Shown here: piece by piece, positions 52,157-62,078 of the stretch
Layout of the letters: each line of letters opens with the position of its first letter
Numbering within the stretch: the stretch's first letter is position 1
Virus record (IMG/VR): IMGVR_UViG_3300037246_001677
Coordinates: 32,001-96,000 of that record
Source: a virus
Reading direction: 5' to 3' (one strand)
Length of the DNA: 64,000 bases
Made by a program: the position numbers and the translations under genes
Notes under the pieces: generated by a model
What the model was told of the DNA's origin: nothing
The model's database searches: none
Seen by the model: the letters and a program-made list of their open reading frames with translations, nothing else

Positions 52157-53782
52157 TTACGATGTTGCGTTATTATTTGGATCCACTATCATCGTAACTG
52201 CAAGAGATAACCCAGTTGTTGTTGCTATAGTTTGCAGCGAACTATAATTTTTATATTTTGTTGCTCCAGATGATGATTTTCTACATCTAACTTCGGTATC
52301 AACAGGCGTCGAACCTGTATAACCTACATCTACTTCGCCATTTACATCTGTATCTTGATTAATAAGTTCTGTTCTATCTGAAGTTTTATAAACAGCTGTT
52401 TGAACATCTTGAATTGGATCTCCAGCTTCATCATTAACTAGAATAAGAACTGGAACTGAAGCAGTAATTATTGTTGTTGATCCAGGTTCATCATGCCATG
52501 ATGGGATTTGTCCTGTCCCAACAGCAATTGTAACAGTTCCGCCTGTATTATTGTAAATCGCTTCATTTCCTGTGCTTCCAGATGTAGCAGCATAACCAAC
52601 AAATGAGCATCCTGACATTGTATAACTGTTACCTGCCATTGAAGCATTTAATTCCATGGCATATCCAGTTCCATCACTATTAAATACACAGTCATCAACA
52701 ACATTTAAATTTGTAACCTCAAAACCAACAGGTCCAGATGGTTCATCAAATAAACAACCATCAAATGTTGCTCCACCTTGAGTTACTAATCCACATCTAC
52801 GGAATGTTGTATCATTAATAATAACTGTATTAATTCCAACATTGAATATAAATGAATCCATATCTATGAATGTGCATTTATCTATTGCTACATCTGCATC
52901 ATCTGTCATTAAAAATCTTCCTTTTGATGCAGTTGTTACATCTAATACTTGAAATGTAAAACCTGTCATTTCAATATTACTATCTGCGTTAAGTATCTCA
53001 ATTAAATTGAAGTTTGCTGTAACTTTTGGAGTCCATTTAATAAATATAGTTCTGTCGGCATCTCTGAAGTCTGCTGAAGCAGCAACAGTTCCAAGAGACA
53101 TTCTACCTTGCCATAAATAACCACCACCAACTTCTTGAATCAATCCCCATCTATTAATTTGGTTATCATTTTCAAGAGCAAACCCAGGAATTGTAGCATA
53201 ACCATTTCCAAGATCACCCTCCTCAAATATAGCGCTACACCTTCCAAATCTCATAGCATCAACTGAATGAGGTTCACCTTTTGATGGGAAAGCTATAAGT
53301 GCTACACCTGCACCAACAACTTGATCTGATACATATGTGCCTGTTTCTCTATCAAATGCAACAGTAGTATTAACAGCATGACATTGAAATCCACCATAAG
53401 GATTTGGAGTTTTATCGCTTCCACCAACATCCCACCAACCAAAGTTAGAATCATCTGCACCTACAAGAACGTGCATACCACCAAAGGTAGTTGATGTTCC
53501 TACATAATCATCTATTGCAAAAGGTGATGCAAATAATTGCCATACAAGAAAAGCACCATCCGTAGGAAGATTTATAGCTTGACCAAAATCAAAACCTAAA
53601 TTAGCAAGAGTCTTACTCTTACTACAAGTTTGAGTAATAGCAAAACTACCTTGAATGTAAGGATAATCAGCATCTTCATATGATGGGAGCCCCTGATCGT
53701 TAGTGCTAAAGCTAGTCCAACCAGAAGCTTCATCTCCGGTGGCTATGTCTGTGAGGTCTTCTGTATAGCTTGGCGCCGCCAT
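52157..53782 (-). CDS. Putative tail spike/fibre with beta-helix-like region
   Basis: Periodic C.F/T.F repeats; Ig-like C-terminus; GAGGAGG SD. Confidence 0.65.
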   Translation of the reverse strand: MAAPSYTEDLTDIATGDEASGWTSFSTNDQGLPSYEDADYPYIQGSFAITQTCSKSKTLANLGFDFGQAINLPTDGAFLVWQLFASPFAIDDYVGTSTTFGGMHVLVGADDSNFGWWDVGGSDKTPNPYGGFQCHAVNTTVAFDRETGTYVSDQVVGAGVALIAFPSKGEPHSVDAMRFGRCSAIFEEGDLGNGYATIPGFALENDNQINRWGLIQEVGGGYLWQGRMSLGTVAASADFRDADRTIFIKWTPKVTANFNLIEILNADSNIEMTGFTFQVLDVTTASKGRFLMTDDADVAIDKCTFIDMDSFIFNVGINTVIINDTTFRRCGLVTQGGATFDGCLFDEPSGPVGFEVTNLNVVDDCVFNSDGTGYAMELNASMAGNSYTMSGCSFVGYAATSGSTGNEAIYNNTGGTVTIAVGTGQIPSWHDEPGSTTIITASVPVLILVNDEAGDPIQDVQTAVYKTSDRTELINQDTDVNGEVDVGYTGSTPVDTEVRCRKSSSGATKYKNYSSLQTIATTTGLSLAVTMIVDPNNNATS

Positions 53783-54180
53783 TTAATATCCTCCTCAACA
53801 GATTGTGTCGTATGACCATCTGCTAAATAAAACGTTCTTGTTTTTTCATTTTGATTTACTATTAAAATAGAGATACCCTCCCTTTGAAAATATCCTATTT
53901 GATTAAAAATTAATTTTGATAAGTTAGTTTCTGTTGAACCAACTATAACTCTATCAGACCATTTCTCAAACAATACTCCACAGTTGTCAGGTCTTAATTC
54001 TTCTGTTGTAATTTTCATTTGTTTCCAACAACATTCAAATATTTTACATGCTTCTGGTCTTTCAGAGTATATCTTACAACCAACACCTTCTTCACAATAT
54101 CGACAGAGATCACCTTCTTTGCTATCTGTGTCTATTATTTGTAATTGTTTACAACATATGGTGCATCTATTACATTCCAT
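53743..54180 (-). CDS. YkgJ-like CxxCxxCC cysteine-cluster protein
   Basis: CNRCTICC...C.IY..RP..C..F.C. Confidence 0.75.
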   Translation of the reverse strand: MECNRCTICCKQLQIIDTDSKEGDLCRYCEEGVGCKIYSERPEACKIFECCWKQMKITTEELRPDNCGVLFEKWSDRVIVGSTETNLSKLIFNQIGYFQREGISILIVNQNEKTRTFYLADGHTTQSVEEDIKWRRQAIQKTSQT

Positions 54181-54211
54181 ATTTATTACATTCCATTACG
54201 TTTATTGTTTA

Positions 54212-54219
54212 TATTTATA
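54212..54219 (-). promoter_or_regulatory. T4-type late promoter TATAAATA
   Basis: Exact match on the minus strand upstream of the structural block. Confidence 0.6.
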
Positions 54220-54239
54220 CTTTTAAAATAAAATGTTAT

Positions 54240-55109
54240 TCATTTAACTCTTTTCTTCATATATGTTTCATCTATATATTTCCACGGTATTTTTGTTTTG
54301 TATTTATTTCCATAACCCCATTCTCCATGAATGTGTCTAAATCCAATAGTTTTATACCATGTACCATGACCAGGCTTATGTGATTGAGTATTATATGGAT
54401 TCTCTGGTACTTTTACTAACTTCAGTCCTAATTGTTTAATCGCTAATGCAAATCTCGACTCCGTATTTCCAAATTCCTCTGCATACTTTTCATAATTATC
54501 AAAAGGAATTAAGTGATCCTGAAAATGTTTCATCATAGCTTGAGCAGCTGTAGTCTTAGCAAGAAAAGCTGTTGTGTTAAACATTTCTTTTCCTTGTGGA
54601 GTTTTCTCCCAACCACAACCTATTATATCACCATCACCAAGCATATCAATTATTTGTTCGAAGTTTTCTGGTTTCTCCAAAACACAATCACCATTTGTAC
54701 AGTAAACATATTCAAATGCACCCATTGTATGCAAACCAAATTTCAAAATCCAAAAGTATGGATATAGCACACCACCCCATGTTTGATGGTGAGGTATTAT
54801 AAACGTATCAACTTGGTCGAATACTTCCCTTTTTGGCATAAGTATGTCATAAGTTGATTGTTTATTTTTCGGGTCCCAGTAGTTATCATATGCCAAAGTA
54901 ATCCAATAACCCAATTTCTTATGTGTCTCAATAGACGCTTTTAGAAATGGTCTCGTACTTGGATGAGCAGTCATAAGTACTCCAATCGGCTTAAGTGCTT
55001 TTACAGCCCATTCATCATTGGCCATATAATCATTTAAAATAAGTTTCAAATGTTTCTTTTCATTTCCTGGTTTTAAGCTTTTTACATATTTTCTTGTTAT
55101 CGTCATCAT
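54240..55109 (-). CDS. Putative glycosyltransferase (GT-A-like)
   Basis: YD, H.TWG, NGDC motifs; paralog of two neighbours. Confidence 0.55.
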   Translation of the reverse strand: MMTITRKYVKSLKPGNEKKHLKLILNDYMANDEWAVKALKPIGVLMTAHPSTRPFLKASIETHKKLGYWITLAYDNYWDPKNKQSTYDILMPKREVFDQVDTFIIPHHQTWGGVLYPYFWILKFGLHTMGAFEYVYCTNGDCVLEKPENFEQIIDMLGDGDIIGCGWEKTPQGKEMFNTTAFLAKTTAAQAMMKHFQDHLIPFDNYEKYAEEFGNTESRFALAIKQLGLKLVKVPENPYNTQSHKPGHGTWYKTIGFRHIHGEWGYGNKYKTKIPWKYIDETYMKKRVK

Positions 55110-56152
55110 TACTCCCTAATAATTTTTTTCCACTTACTATAGTAAAGATCATCCTTTAATATAAACGATCCATAATTTACTCTATCAAAATGTCCTAATC
55201 TTTCAGAAGGCGGACCAAGTTTTTCTCTTTTGAAGTCATCATGTAAAGGTTTATCCCCATAATACTCTATTGGATAATATCTTCTATTCCAATATGAGTC
55301 CTCGCCCTCTGCCCAATATTTATACAGCCAACGTCTATCATCTGTTTCAAAATATTTTAATAATACATGCTCATGCTTTGTATAATATTCTACTTTACTA
55401 ATATCAAAGTACTTTTTAGGAGGTGATTCTAAATGTTCTAATGAACATTGTCTAAGTTCAGCGCCAAGATTTCTATATCCTAATATATTTTTCCAAGTAC
55501 TATTTTGATTTGAAGAACTATAATGATCCACTTGACCACTATATCTATGTTTTTTTGGATGCCTCGGTTGAAGTGGCGCTGACATATTTTTAATGTTATT
55601 CTTACTGACAAAATCTTGTATCACGCCTTCTGGACTATAAGATTCTGGTAAGTTATTCTTTAAACATAAAGAAACCCAATCAACAAATTTTTGAAATATA
55701 TGTGCCTTATACATAACAGCACAAGTATGGATTGTTCCATTACTAGTTACAGGCATCATATCACAATCATCACCAAGAAATTTAATTAACTCGTTTATAT
55801 TTTGTGGTTTCTCCCATACACAATCACTATTCACAGTAAATACAGTTTCAATATTATTGAACGACTTCAGTATTGTCCCTGCATATAGAACGTCCCAGAG
55901 CCACCCATTTCTTTTATCCGCGCCAAATGTTCTATGTTTAAATACCCAAGAATGTGGTATTCCCATCATATATTGTTTTGGATGATTTGGATTAGCGTCA
56001 TAGCTACATATTACATAAGCTCCAGTTTGCATATAATTTTCTAAAGTACTCTTTAGAAACATTCTATGTCCATCCCAACTTGTTACAATTATTGCTACTT
56101 TTGATCTTAAAGGAAAATCATTCAAATTATATCTATTACTTTTAATGACCAT
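55109..56152 (-). CDS. Putative glycosyltransferase (GT-A-like)
   Basis: YD, H.TFG..KR.GW, NSDCVW, SPE motifs. Confidence 0.55.
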   Translation of the reverse strand: MVIKSNRYNLNDFPLRSKVAIIVTSWDGHRMFLKSTLENYMQTGAYVICSYDANPNHPKQYMMGIPHSWVFKHRTFGADKRNGWLWDVLYAGTILKSFNNIETVFTVNSDCVWEKPQNINELIKFLGDDCDMMPVTSNGTIHTCAVMYKAHIFQKFVDWVSLCLKNNLPESYSPEGVIQDFVSKNNIKNMSAPLQPRHPKKHRYSGQVDHYSSSNQNSTWKNILGYRNLGAELRQCSLEHLESPPKKYFDISKVEYYTKHEHVLLKYFETDDRRWLYKYWAEGEDSYWNRRYYPIEYYGDKPLHDDFKREKLGPPSERLGHFDRVNYGSFILKDDLYYSKWKKIIRE

Positions 56153-56153
56153 A

Positions 56154-56783
56154 TTATCTTAACACCAATGGTTTGGGTCTTTTGAAGTATTTCTTATGAT
56201 CTACTCTATCAATAGACTTGAATCCTCTATCTAATAATAACTGATGTCTTCCTGCATCAGCATCGTATATCATTTTTTGATAAGGAATATCTTTTGGCCA
56301 TTTTAATCCTGTAAATATTTCTAATCCTTTTATAACTGGTTCGGGATCTTTCATTAAAGTTGATGTATTCAAAATATAGAAAGGATCTAGTAAACCTTTA
56401 CTTACATAAGACGCAATATGTTTTTCACCTTTGACCAATGTATCCCATGCTTCTTCAACATTTGTTGATCTATGATAATATTGAGATAACATAGTTGCCA
56501 TCCAATCCCTCTGTAAAATAATGGTATACATTTTATACCCTTCTTTTTCAAATAATGATCTTACATCGGAAGGGTTGGTCCACTCTCTTTCATAAGGAAC
56601 ACTTCTTCTTAAAACAATATTTTCATTATCTGTAACATCTTTTAAAGTACATTCGCCTCTTATAAACACATCTATATTTAATTTTTGAGGTTCTTTCCAA
56701 AAACATCCCATTGTTTGTAATACTAATGATGATACATGATTTCCTGCACTTTCTGGACCAAAAACAAAAAATAATTTACGCAT
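56154..56783 (-). CDS. Sulfotransferase-like P-loop protein
   Basis: FVFGPESAGN, RD..A..LS, L..DP....L..F.G. Confidence 0.55.
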   Translation of the reverse strand: MRKLFFVFGPESAGNHVSSLVLQTMGCFWKEPQKLNIDVFIRGECTLKDVTDNENIVLRRSVPYEREWTNPSDVRSLFEKEGYKMYTIILQRDWMATMLSQYYHRSTNVEEAWDTLVKGEKHIASYVSKGLLDPFYILNTSTLMKDPEPVIKGLEIFTGLKWPKDIPYQKMIYDADAGRHQLLLDRGFKSIDRVDHKKYFKRPKPLVLR

Positions 56784-57483
56784 CTAAATATCTCCTTATC
56801 AAATCTTTATTAAGTTTATAATGACCTCTGTCACCTTTTGGAAACTGTTTTGATTTACCCAAATATAAGTCTGCAACCCTTGGATGTTTTAATCCCTCAG
56901 CTATTGCTAACCCAGTTGATTGATTTCCCAAATAGAGTTTCGATCCTTTGATTATTTGAGCGAACTCCATAGCATCTTTAATTTTATAATGAGGAAGTTT
57001 GTAGTTTCTATTTTCGCAAAAGTTTTTATACTCACCATCAAGTCCAACGAATACCGCTCTATCCTCATATCCTCGTAATTGTTCCCAATCAACGGTAATT
57101 CCTTCCCACCTTATTTTACCTGTATCATTAATAACAATATCAGCAACGTGTTTTGGCTCAACATTAAAGAACCACGGTTTTGTCAAATCAAATTTTATAC
57201 CCATAGCCATCATATGACATTCCAATATTGTATATCCACCATTGAAAGGTTGCTCTCTAAATAAATCCAAATTATAATCACATTCAAATAATTTCCATTT
57301 ACCAGTAACTCTGATATGATGCTCAACCCTCTGTATATAAGGTTGTTTTAGTAGAAGATCATAATAAAATTTAAGTCTTTTATCAAAGTTCAGGTGAAGA
57401 ACACCACCGCCCAAATTATACATAGTAGCTAACCCATAGATCATATCACCGCCACCACCAGAGTGTTTAAATGTTTTAGTCAT
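56776..57483 (-). CDS. GT9/heptosyltransferase-like glycosyltransferase
   Basis: HSG..GD, LD.FR, A..I.G..L..GNQS...A.AE.L. Confidence 0.65.
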   Translation of the reverse strand: MTKTFKHSGGGGDMIYGLATMYNLGGGVLHLNFDKRLKFYYDLLLKQPYIQRVEHHIRVTGKWKLFECDYNLDLFREQPFNGGYTILECHMMAMGIKFDLTKPWFFNVEPKHVADIVINDTGKIRWEGITVDWEQLRGYEDRAVFVGLDGEYKNFCENRNYKLPHYKIKDAMEFAQIIKGSKLYLGNQSTGLAIAEGLKHPRVADLYLGKSKQFPKGDRGHYKLNKDLIRRYLDA

Positions 57484-57519
57484 CCAAAATCTCCCTCATT
57501 AATTATATCCTCAAACATT

Positions 57520-57747
57520 TTATCTCTCCTCTATTATTCTAATAATTTTTCTTGCTTGCTCTCTATCTGATTCCTTTTCTTCTTCTGATAAATCAATATA
57601 TTCTGTATCAAATTGTCTTTTCCATCTATCTACTGCCCACTTTGGAATAGTAACTGTACCATCACTATTTAAAACTGATTTTTCAAATAAATATTTCATC
57701 CATCCAGACCAAGAATCATGTGAATATTTTGATAAAGATTCTAACAT
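57520..57747 (-). CDS. Hypothetical protein
   Basis: AGGAGG SD; H..W..W...Y..LSE.EK..DR. Confidence 0.65.
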   Translation of the reverse strand: MLESLSKYSHDSWSGWMKYLFEKSVLNSDGTVTIPKWAVDRWKRQFDTEYIDLSEEEKESDREQARKIIRIIEER

Positions 57748-57748
57748 A

Positions 57749-58849
57749 TTACCAACCTCCTTTTATAGTTTCAGCTATATACTGACGATGGCTTTCTGTT
57801 AACCACCAACCTACTGGTATACAAATCATATCATTAATAACTGATTCTAAACCAGGTAATTCTTTACTATACTTTCTTGTAAAAGTATGCTTATCATTTC
57901 GTTCATGTACTCTTGAAACAGAAATTCCTTTTGTTCCCATCATATGAGCAAACGAAGTTCTGTCCTCTACCAATAATGTATAAATCCAATAAGATGAAAG
58001 CCTATCTGTTTTCGTTTGAATTACTTTTACTCCAGGAACACCAAATAATTCTTGGTTATAGTACTTAGCATTAGCTCTTGCAATTTCAACATTTTCCAAT
58101 GCATCATCAAAATTACCAAGACCAACTGTAGCACAAACATCGTTCATGTGATACTTATATCCCCACTCTACAATGTCTTCCTCGCATCTCATATCTTTTC
58201 GAGGACTTTCTCTATCAATTCCATACCATCTTAGTAACTTACCTCGCTCATAATCCTTTATGTATTTTAAGAAGAGTGCTCCTCCATCTACTGTAGTCAA
58301 GTGCTTAATTGCTTGAAAACTCATCATTGAATAATCAGAATATACACAACTACCCACTACACATCCCTTATAAACAGAACCAAAAGCGTGAGCACCATCC
58401 TCTATAATTCTTATATCATGTTTAGAAGCTATTTCATAAATTTCCTTCATGTCACATGGGTAACCACCCCAGTGTACCACCATTATTGCTTTAGTTCTCT
58501 CAGTAATGCTTGACTCAACACTTCGTGGGTCAATATTTAAATCATTTGGCTTGATGTCAGCCCAGACAATATCCGCTCCATTCATAAGAATAGGCATGTT
58601 TGTCGCAGTGCAAGTCAGTGGGGTTGTTATGACTTCATCACCCGGACCGACACCAGCCAATCTCAAAGCAAGGCTCAAACCATGAGTCCCCGCTGACAAC
58701 GCTAGTACTTTATCATTCTCAAATTGTTTTCCTAATCTTTTTTCAAATTCAACTACTTTAGGACCTTGTCCTATCCATCCAGAATATATAACTGAATTTA
58801 ATATTGGAGTGACTTCATCACTCATAAATACTTTAAATAAAGGTATCAT
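57749..58849 (-). CDS. DegT/DnrJ/EryC1/StrS nucleotide-sugar aminotransferase
   Basis: GDEVIT, VH.GG.P, EDGAHA.G, SFQAIKH.TT.DGG (PLP Lys). Confidence 0.95.
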   Translation of the reverse strand: MIPLFKVFMSDEVTPILNSVIYSGWIGQGPKVVEFEKRLGKQFENDKVLALSAGTHGLSLALRLAGVGPGDEVITTPLTCTATNMPILMNGADIVWADIKPNDLNIDPRSVESSITERTKAIMVVHWGGYPCDMKEIYEIASKHDIRIIEDGAHAFGSVYKGCVVGSCVYSDYSMMSFQAIKHLTTVDGGALFLKYIKDYERGKLLRWYGIDRESPRKDMRCEEDIVEWGYKYHMNDVCATVGLGNFDDALENVEIARANAKYYNQELFGVPGVKVIQTKTDRLSSYWIYTLLVEDRTSFAHMMGTKGISVSRVHERNDKHTFTRKYSKELPGLESVINDMICIPVGWWLTESHRQYIAETIKGGW

Positions 58850-59478
58850 TTCGTCCTCCTTAAATATCCTTTCGGATTGAATGTCATTATATATTTTTCA
58901 CACCAGTACTGTGGTTCGAAGTAATCTCTTGTAGATAAAAACCACTCTACTGCTTCATATGGTCCTTTCCCATGTTCCCATTCCACAGGGTGTCCGCTCA
59001 CATGAGTATCTTCCACTATAATATATGATCCAACCGGCACAATTTCCTCATATAATTCAAGTTCCTTACATACGTTGTAATAAGAATGCCATGAGTCAAG
59101 TATGACTAAGTTTCTTTTACCTTTACATAAGTATTCTACATCTCTATATATTATTTCATTAGTACTTGACCCACTTAAAAATGTTATTCTATCAGACCAT
59201 TCATGTTGTGAAATATCAACAGGTTTTAATTTCTGTTCAATATCAATAGTAATTACTTTTCCTTCACCAAGTAACTCACAAATACCAGCATAAAATAAAG
59301 CCGATCCTCCATGTCCAGTTCCAGTTTCAATTATATATTCGGGTCTCAACTGATATATAATTTCTTGAATTACCATAGCATCGAAAGGTAATTTCCACAT
59401 AGGTATTCCGAACCAATAACTCTGCTCCCACAATCTTGACTGTTCATAAAATTTATGATACTCATCTACACATCTCAC
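58846..59478 (-). CDS. CmcI-family O-methyltransferase
   Basis: W.G.P..K.P.D...QE, IETGT..GGS, LDS.H, VEDT, NP.GYL. Confidence 0.9.
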   Translation of the reverse strand: MRCVDEYHKFYEQSRLWEQSYWFGIPMWKLPFDAMVIQEIIYQLRPEYIIETGTGHGGSALFYAGICELLGEGKVITIDIEQKLKPVDISQHEWSDRITFLSGSSTNEIIYRDVEYLCKGKRNLVILDSWHSYYNVCKELELYEEIVPVGSYIIVEDTHVSGHPVEWEHGKGPYEAVEWFLSTRDYFEPQYWCEKYIMTFNPKGYLRRTK

Positions 59479-59480
59479 AA

Positions 59481-60497
59481 TTAATAATCCTCCAAATTTT
59501 TCTTCATCCTTTCAATTCTAATTTCTCTTGGTACTTCATATGGGTCTTGATCCCACCACATCCTTATATACCGTTCATCACCAGTTAAGTAATAATTAAC
59601 TAAAGTATTCTTATCATGGTCACGGTAATATAATTTAATATCTCTCAAGTCAAAGTACTTTACATCTAAAGGCTCTTTGTGTTTACTACACAGCCAATTT
59701 TTTTCAGATTCAAGATTTCTAAAACCCAGAACATCTCTCCAAGTACTTGGTCCACCTTCTTCACAATATGTATCATGGCGACCTTTAAATTCACCAGTTG
59801 TATAATATGGTTGAACTGGAGCATGGTCCCACTTTATATTATGTTCCTTTGTCCATAGTTGAATAAGATACTCAGGACTAAAAGAAACAGTACTAGAATC
59901 AGGCATCATATCAAGAATAAAATCTATAAAATCAAAATACGCATCTCTTTTAAATACCATAGAACATGTATGAATAAATTCCCATCCATCCGTTTCACGT
60001 GTTTGACTTTGACCAGACATGAAATCATTATCACCAAGCATTTCAATAATTTCATTTACTCCTTCCGGTCTATCCCATACACAATCACCATTTGCAGTGA
60101 ATATGTACTTTATATTCTTGTACTGTCTTAGAATTGACGAAGCATATATCTGTAACCATATCCATCCATGCCTTTTATGATGTCCACCCCAAGTATAATG
60201 TTTAGTAAACCACATGTGAGCTAGATACCATATATCTGGAAATGGAAAACCTCTTCTCTTATCTGTATCTGGTGTAACTATTCTACTATCATATGCACCA
60301 ACTATAAACATATCCTCAATTTTTCTATACTGCTGTAAGGCGTATTTCATATACGGCATATGTCCCATATGACAAGTAAAAATCAATCCAATCTTAGCAT
60401 TCAGAGGAAACAAGTTTACTTCACTCATTATTTTATCTTGTGCTTTATCTGGTCTATCAACTTTATGTAATGCTAACATTTCCTCATAACTTCTCAT
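59481..60497 (-). CDS. Putative glycosyltransferase (GT-A-like)
   Basis: YD, HYTWG..KRHGW, NGDCVW, SPE; paralog of 55109-56152. Confidence 0.55.
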   Translation of the reverse strand: MRSYEEMLALHKVDRPDKAQDKIMSEVNLFPLNAKIGLIFTCHMGHMPYMKYALQQYRKIEDMFIVGAYDSRIVTPDTDKRRGFPFPDIWYLAHMWFTKHYTWGGHHKRHGWIWLQIYASSILRQYKNIKYIFTANGDCVWDRPEGVNEIIEMLGDNDFMSGQSQTRETDGWEFIHTCSMVFKRDAYFDFIDFILDMMPDSSTVSFSPEYLIQLWTKEHNIKWDHAPVQPYYTTGEFKGRHDTYCEEGGPSTWRDVLGFRNLESEKNWLCSKHKEPLDVKYFDLRDIKLYYRDHDKNTLVNYYLTGDERYIRMWWDQDPYEVPREIRIERMKKNLEDY

Positions 60498-60498
60498 A

Positions 60499-61059
60499 CT
60501 ATCTCCTAAACATTATAGTCATTGATGGAAATTCTTTATAAGTATAGTAAACATAATTCTCATTTACTATTTCATTTGTTCTAAGTTCCTCAATTATTGA
60601 CTCTTTATCATATAAACTCATCCAATCAACATTATCTCGCTCTGCTGACCCACCTTCAAATGCAATCATTCCAGAAACTTTTGGATGCCATAACTCCATA
60701 ATTTCTCTGATAACTTTTCCATCGTTACTAATGTCTACATGTAAAAAATCAATTGTTTCATCTGCCCACTCTACGTACACTTCAAAGGCATCACCCTTAT
60801 ACATGGTTACATGTTGGCTAACTCTATTATCTAAAAGCATTTCATATACTTGATCCATATCACCATGCTTATACTCATATCCATCCCATAAGTCATATCC
60901 ATATAGATGACCACTACCATTCATAGATAGTCCTTTTGCTATATGAAGAGTACTATATCCATCAAGTATACCTAGCTCAACTACAGTTTCTGGCTTATAT
61001 GATCTTACTAACTTATAAAATATTTCACCGAAGTCATTTTCTTTATATGATGTTCTCAT
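60499..61059 (-). CDS. Class I SAM-dependent methyltransferase
   Basis: VELG...GYST, D.W, GD, DFLHVD. Confidence 0.85.
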   Translation of the reverse strand: MRTSYKENDFGEIFYKLVRSYKPETVVELGILDGYSTLHIAKGLSMNGSGHLYGYDLWDGYEYKHGDMDQVYEMLLDNRVSQHVTMYKGDAFEVYVEWADETIDFLHVDISNDGKVIREIMELWHPKVSGMIAFEGGSAERDNVDWMSLYDKESIIEELRTNEIVNENYVYYTYKEFPSMTIMFRR

Positions 61060-61411
61060 CGTCAGTTTTACTCCTTACAGGTTTAATTATTTTTACTAAC
61101 TCATAACTAATTATACTATTTTTTATTTTATCCCATGTCTCTTGGGTAAACGCGCCGTCAGGTAAATCACTACCTCTTGTCCAATCTTCTCCTGCTCTTG
61201 GTTTTCTACGGGACACCGTACATCCTAAATACGTTCTATCTTCTTTCTTATTATCTTTAGCCGTTATCCTATACAGATTATCACGAGTATAAAAATTTAT
61301 CATTATTAAATATTCATCCGGTGAACTTGTTTCACCCATCAACTGCATAAAATAATCGTTTCGGCCCCACCTACTAATTTCTTTTAACCATCTTTCTAAT
61401 TGTTCTTTCAT
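61043..61411 (-). CDS. Hypothetical protein
   Basis: GGAGG SD; YLGC....RK.RAGEDW.RG.DL.DG. Confidence 0.7.
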   Translation of the reverse strand: MKEQLERWLKEISRWGRNDYFMQLMGETSSPDEYLIMINFYTRDNLYRITAKDNKKEDRTYLGCTVSRRKPRAGEDWTRGSDLPDGAFTQETWDKIKNSIISYELVKIIKPVRSKTDDENII

Positions 61412-61461
61412 TTTTCCTCCAATTTTTATACCGCAAGGTATGCGGTCTTTTTATTTTAAAA

Positions 61462-61860
61462 ATAGATAGTAGACATTTATCTATTAATAATTTGCTACTA
61501 TTTTTTCAATGGTTTTACCATTATCATTCAATACATAACACACTGTATCAAATGCTATACTATACTCGCTACCATCATCCAATCTGCATATAAGCACATT
61601 GTAATATATACAAGAATCACATTCATCTTCATTATCACAAGTACAATCTGTTTGTACCATATCCATAAATATTGCATCATAATCATGGTCAGCAAGCGTC
61701 TTTTGCTGCTTTCTAATTGGATTTGATAAACTATATTTTCTTACACTATCAAACATCCAATATCGTTGGTCATCATTCTCGTTTTTCGGTCCTCTATTAT
61801 ATCTTTCTATCTTTAATATCATTCTTTCTCCTATGTTCTGTCTATTTGTCTACTATCTAT
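61462..61860. repeat. 14-bp inverted repeat flanking one gene
   Basis: ATAGATAGTAGACA (61462-61475) and TGTCTACTATCTAT (61847-61860). Confidence 0.85.
61484..61822 (-). CDS. Hypothetical protein
   Basis: AGGAG SD; C-terminal YVLNDNGKTIEKI. Confidence 0.7.
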   Translation of the reverse strand: MILKIERYNRGPKNENDDQRYWMFDSVRKYSLSNPIRKQQKTLADHDYDAIFMDMVQTDCTCDNEDECDSCIYYNVLICRLDDGSEYSIAFDTVCYVLNDNGKTIEKIVANY

Positions 61861-62078
61861 CTAATATACTTCACCTATTGTTTTTTAACTGAAATGTAAT
61901 GAGTAAAAGAGTGAACTGACTTCTCAGAATTATTATAAAATACTACAGCAAATTTCCCATCCGATGCAGCAATTTCAAAATATTCCGCTTCAACTTCATC
62001 TTCAACTTCATTTCCACTATCTAAATATTTTACTTTATATTTGTTCATTTCTTATCATCTCCTCATACAAATTTACAT

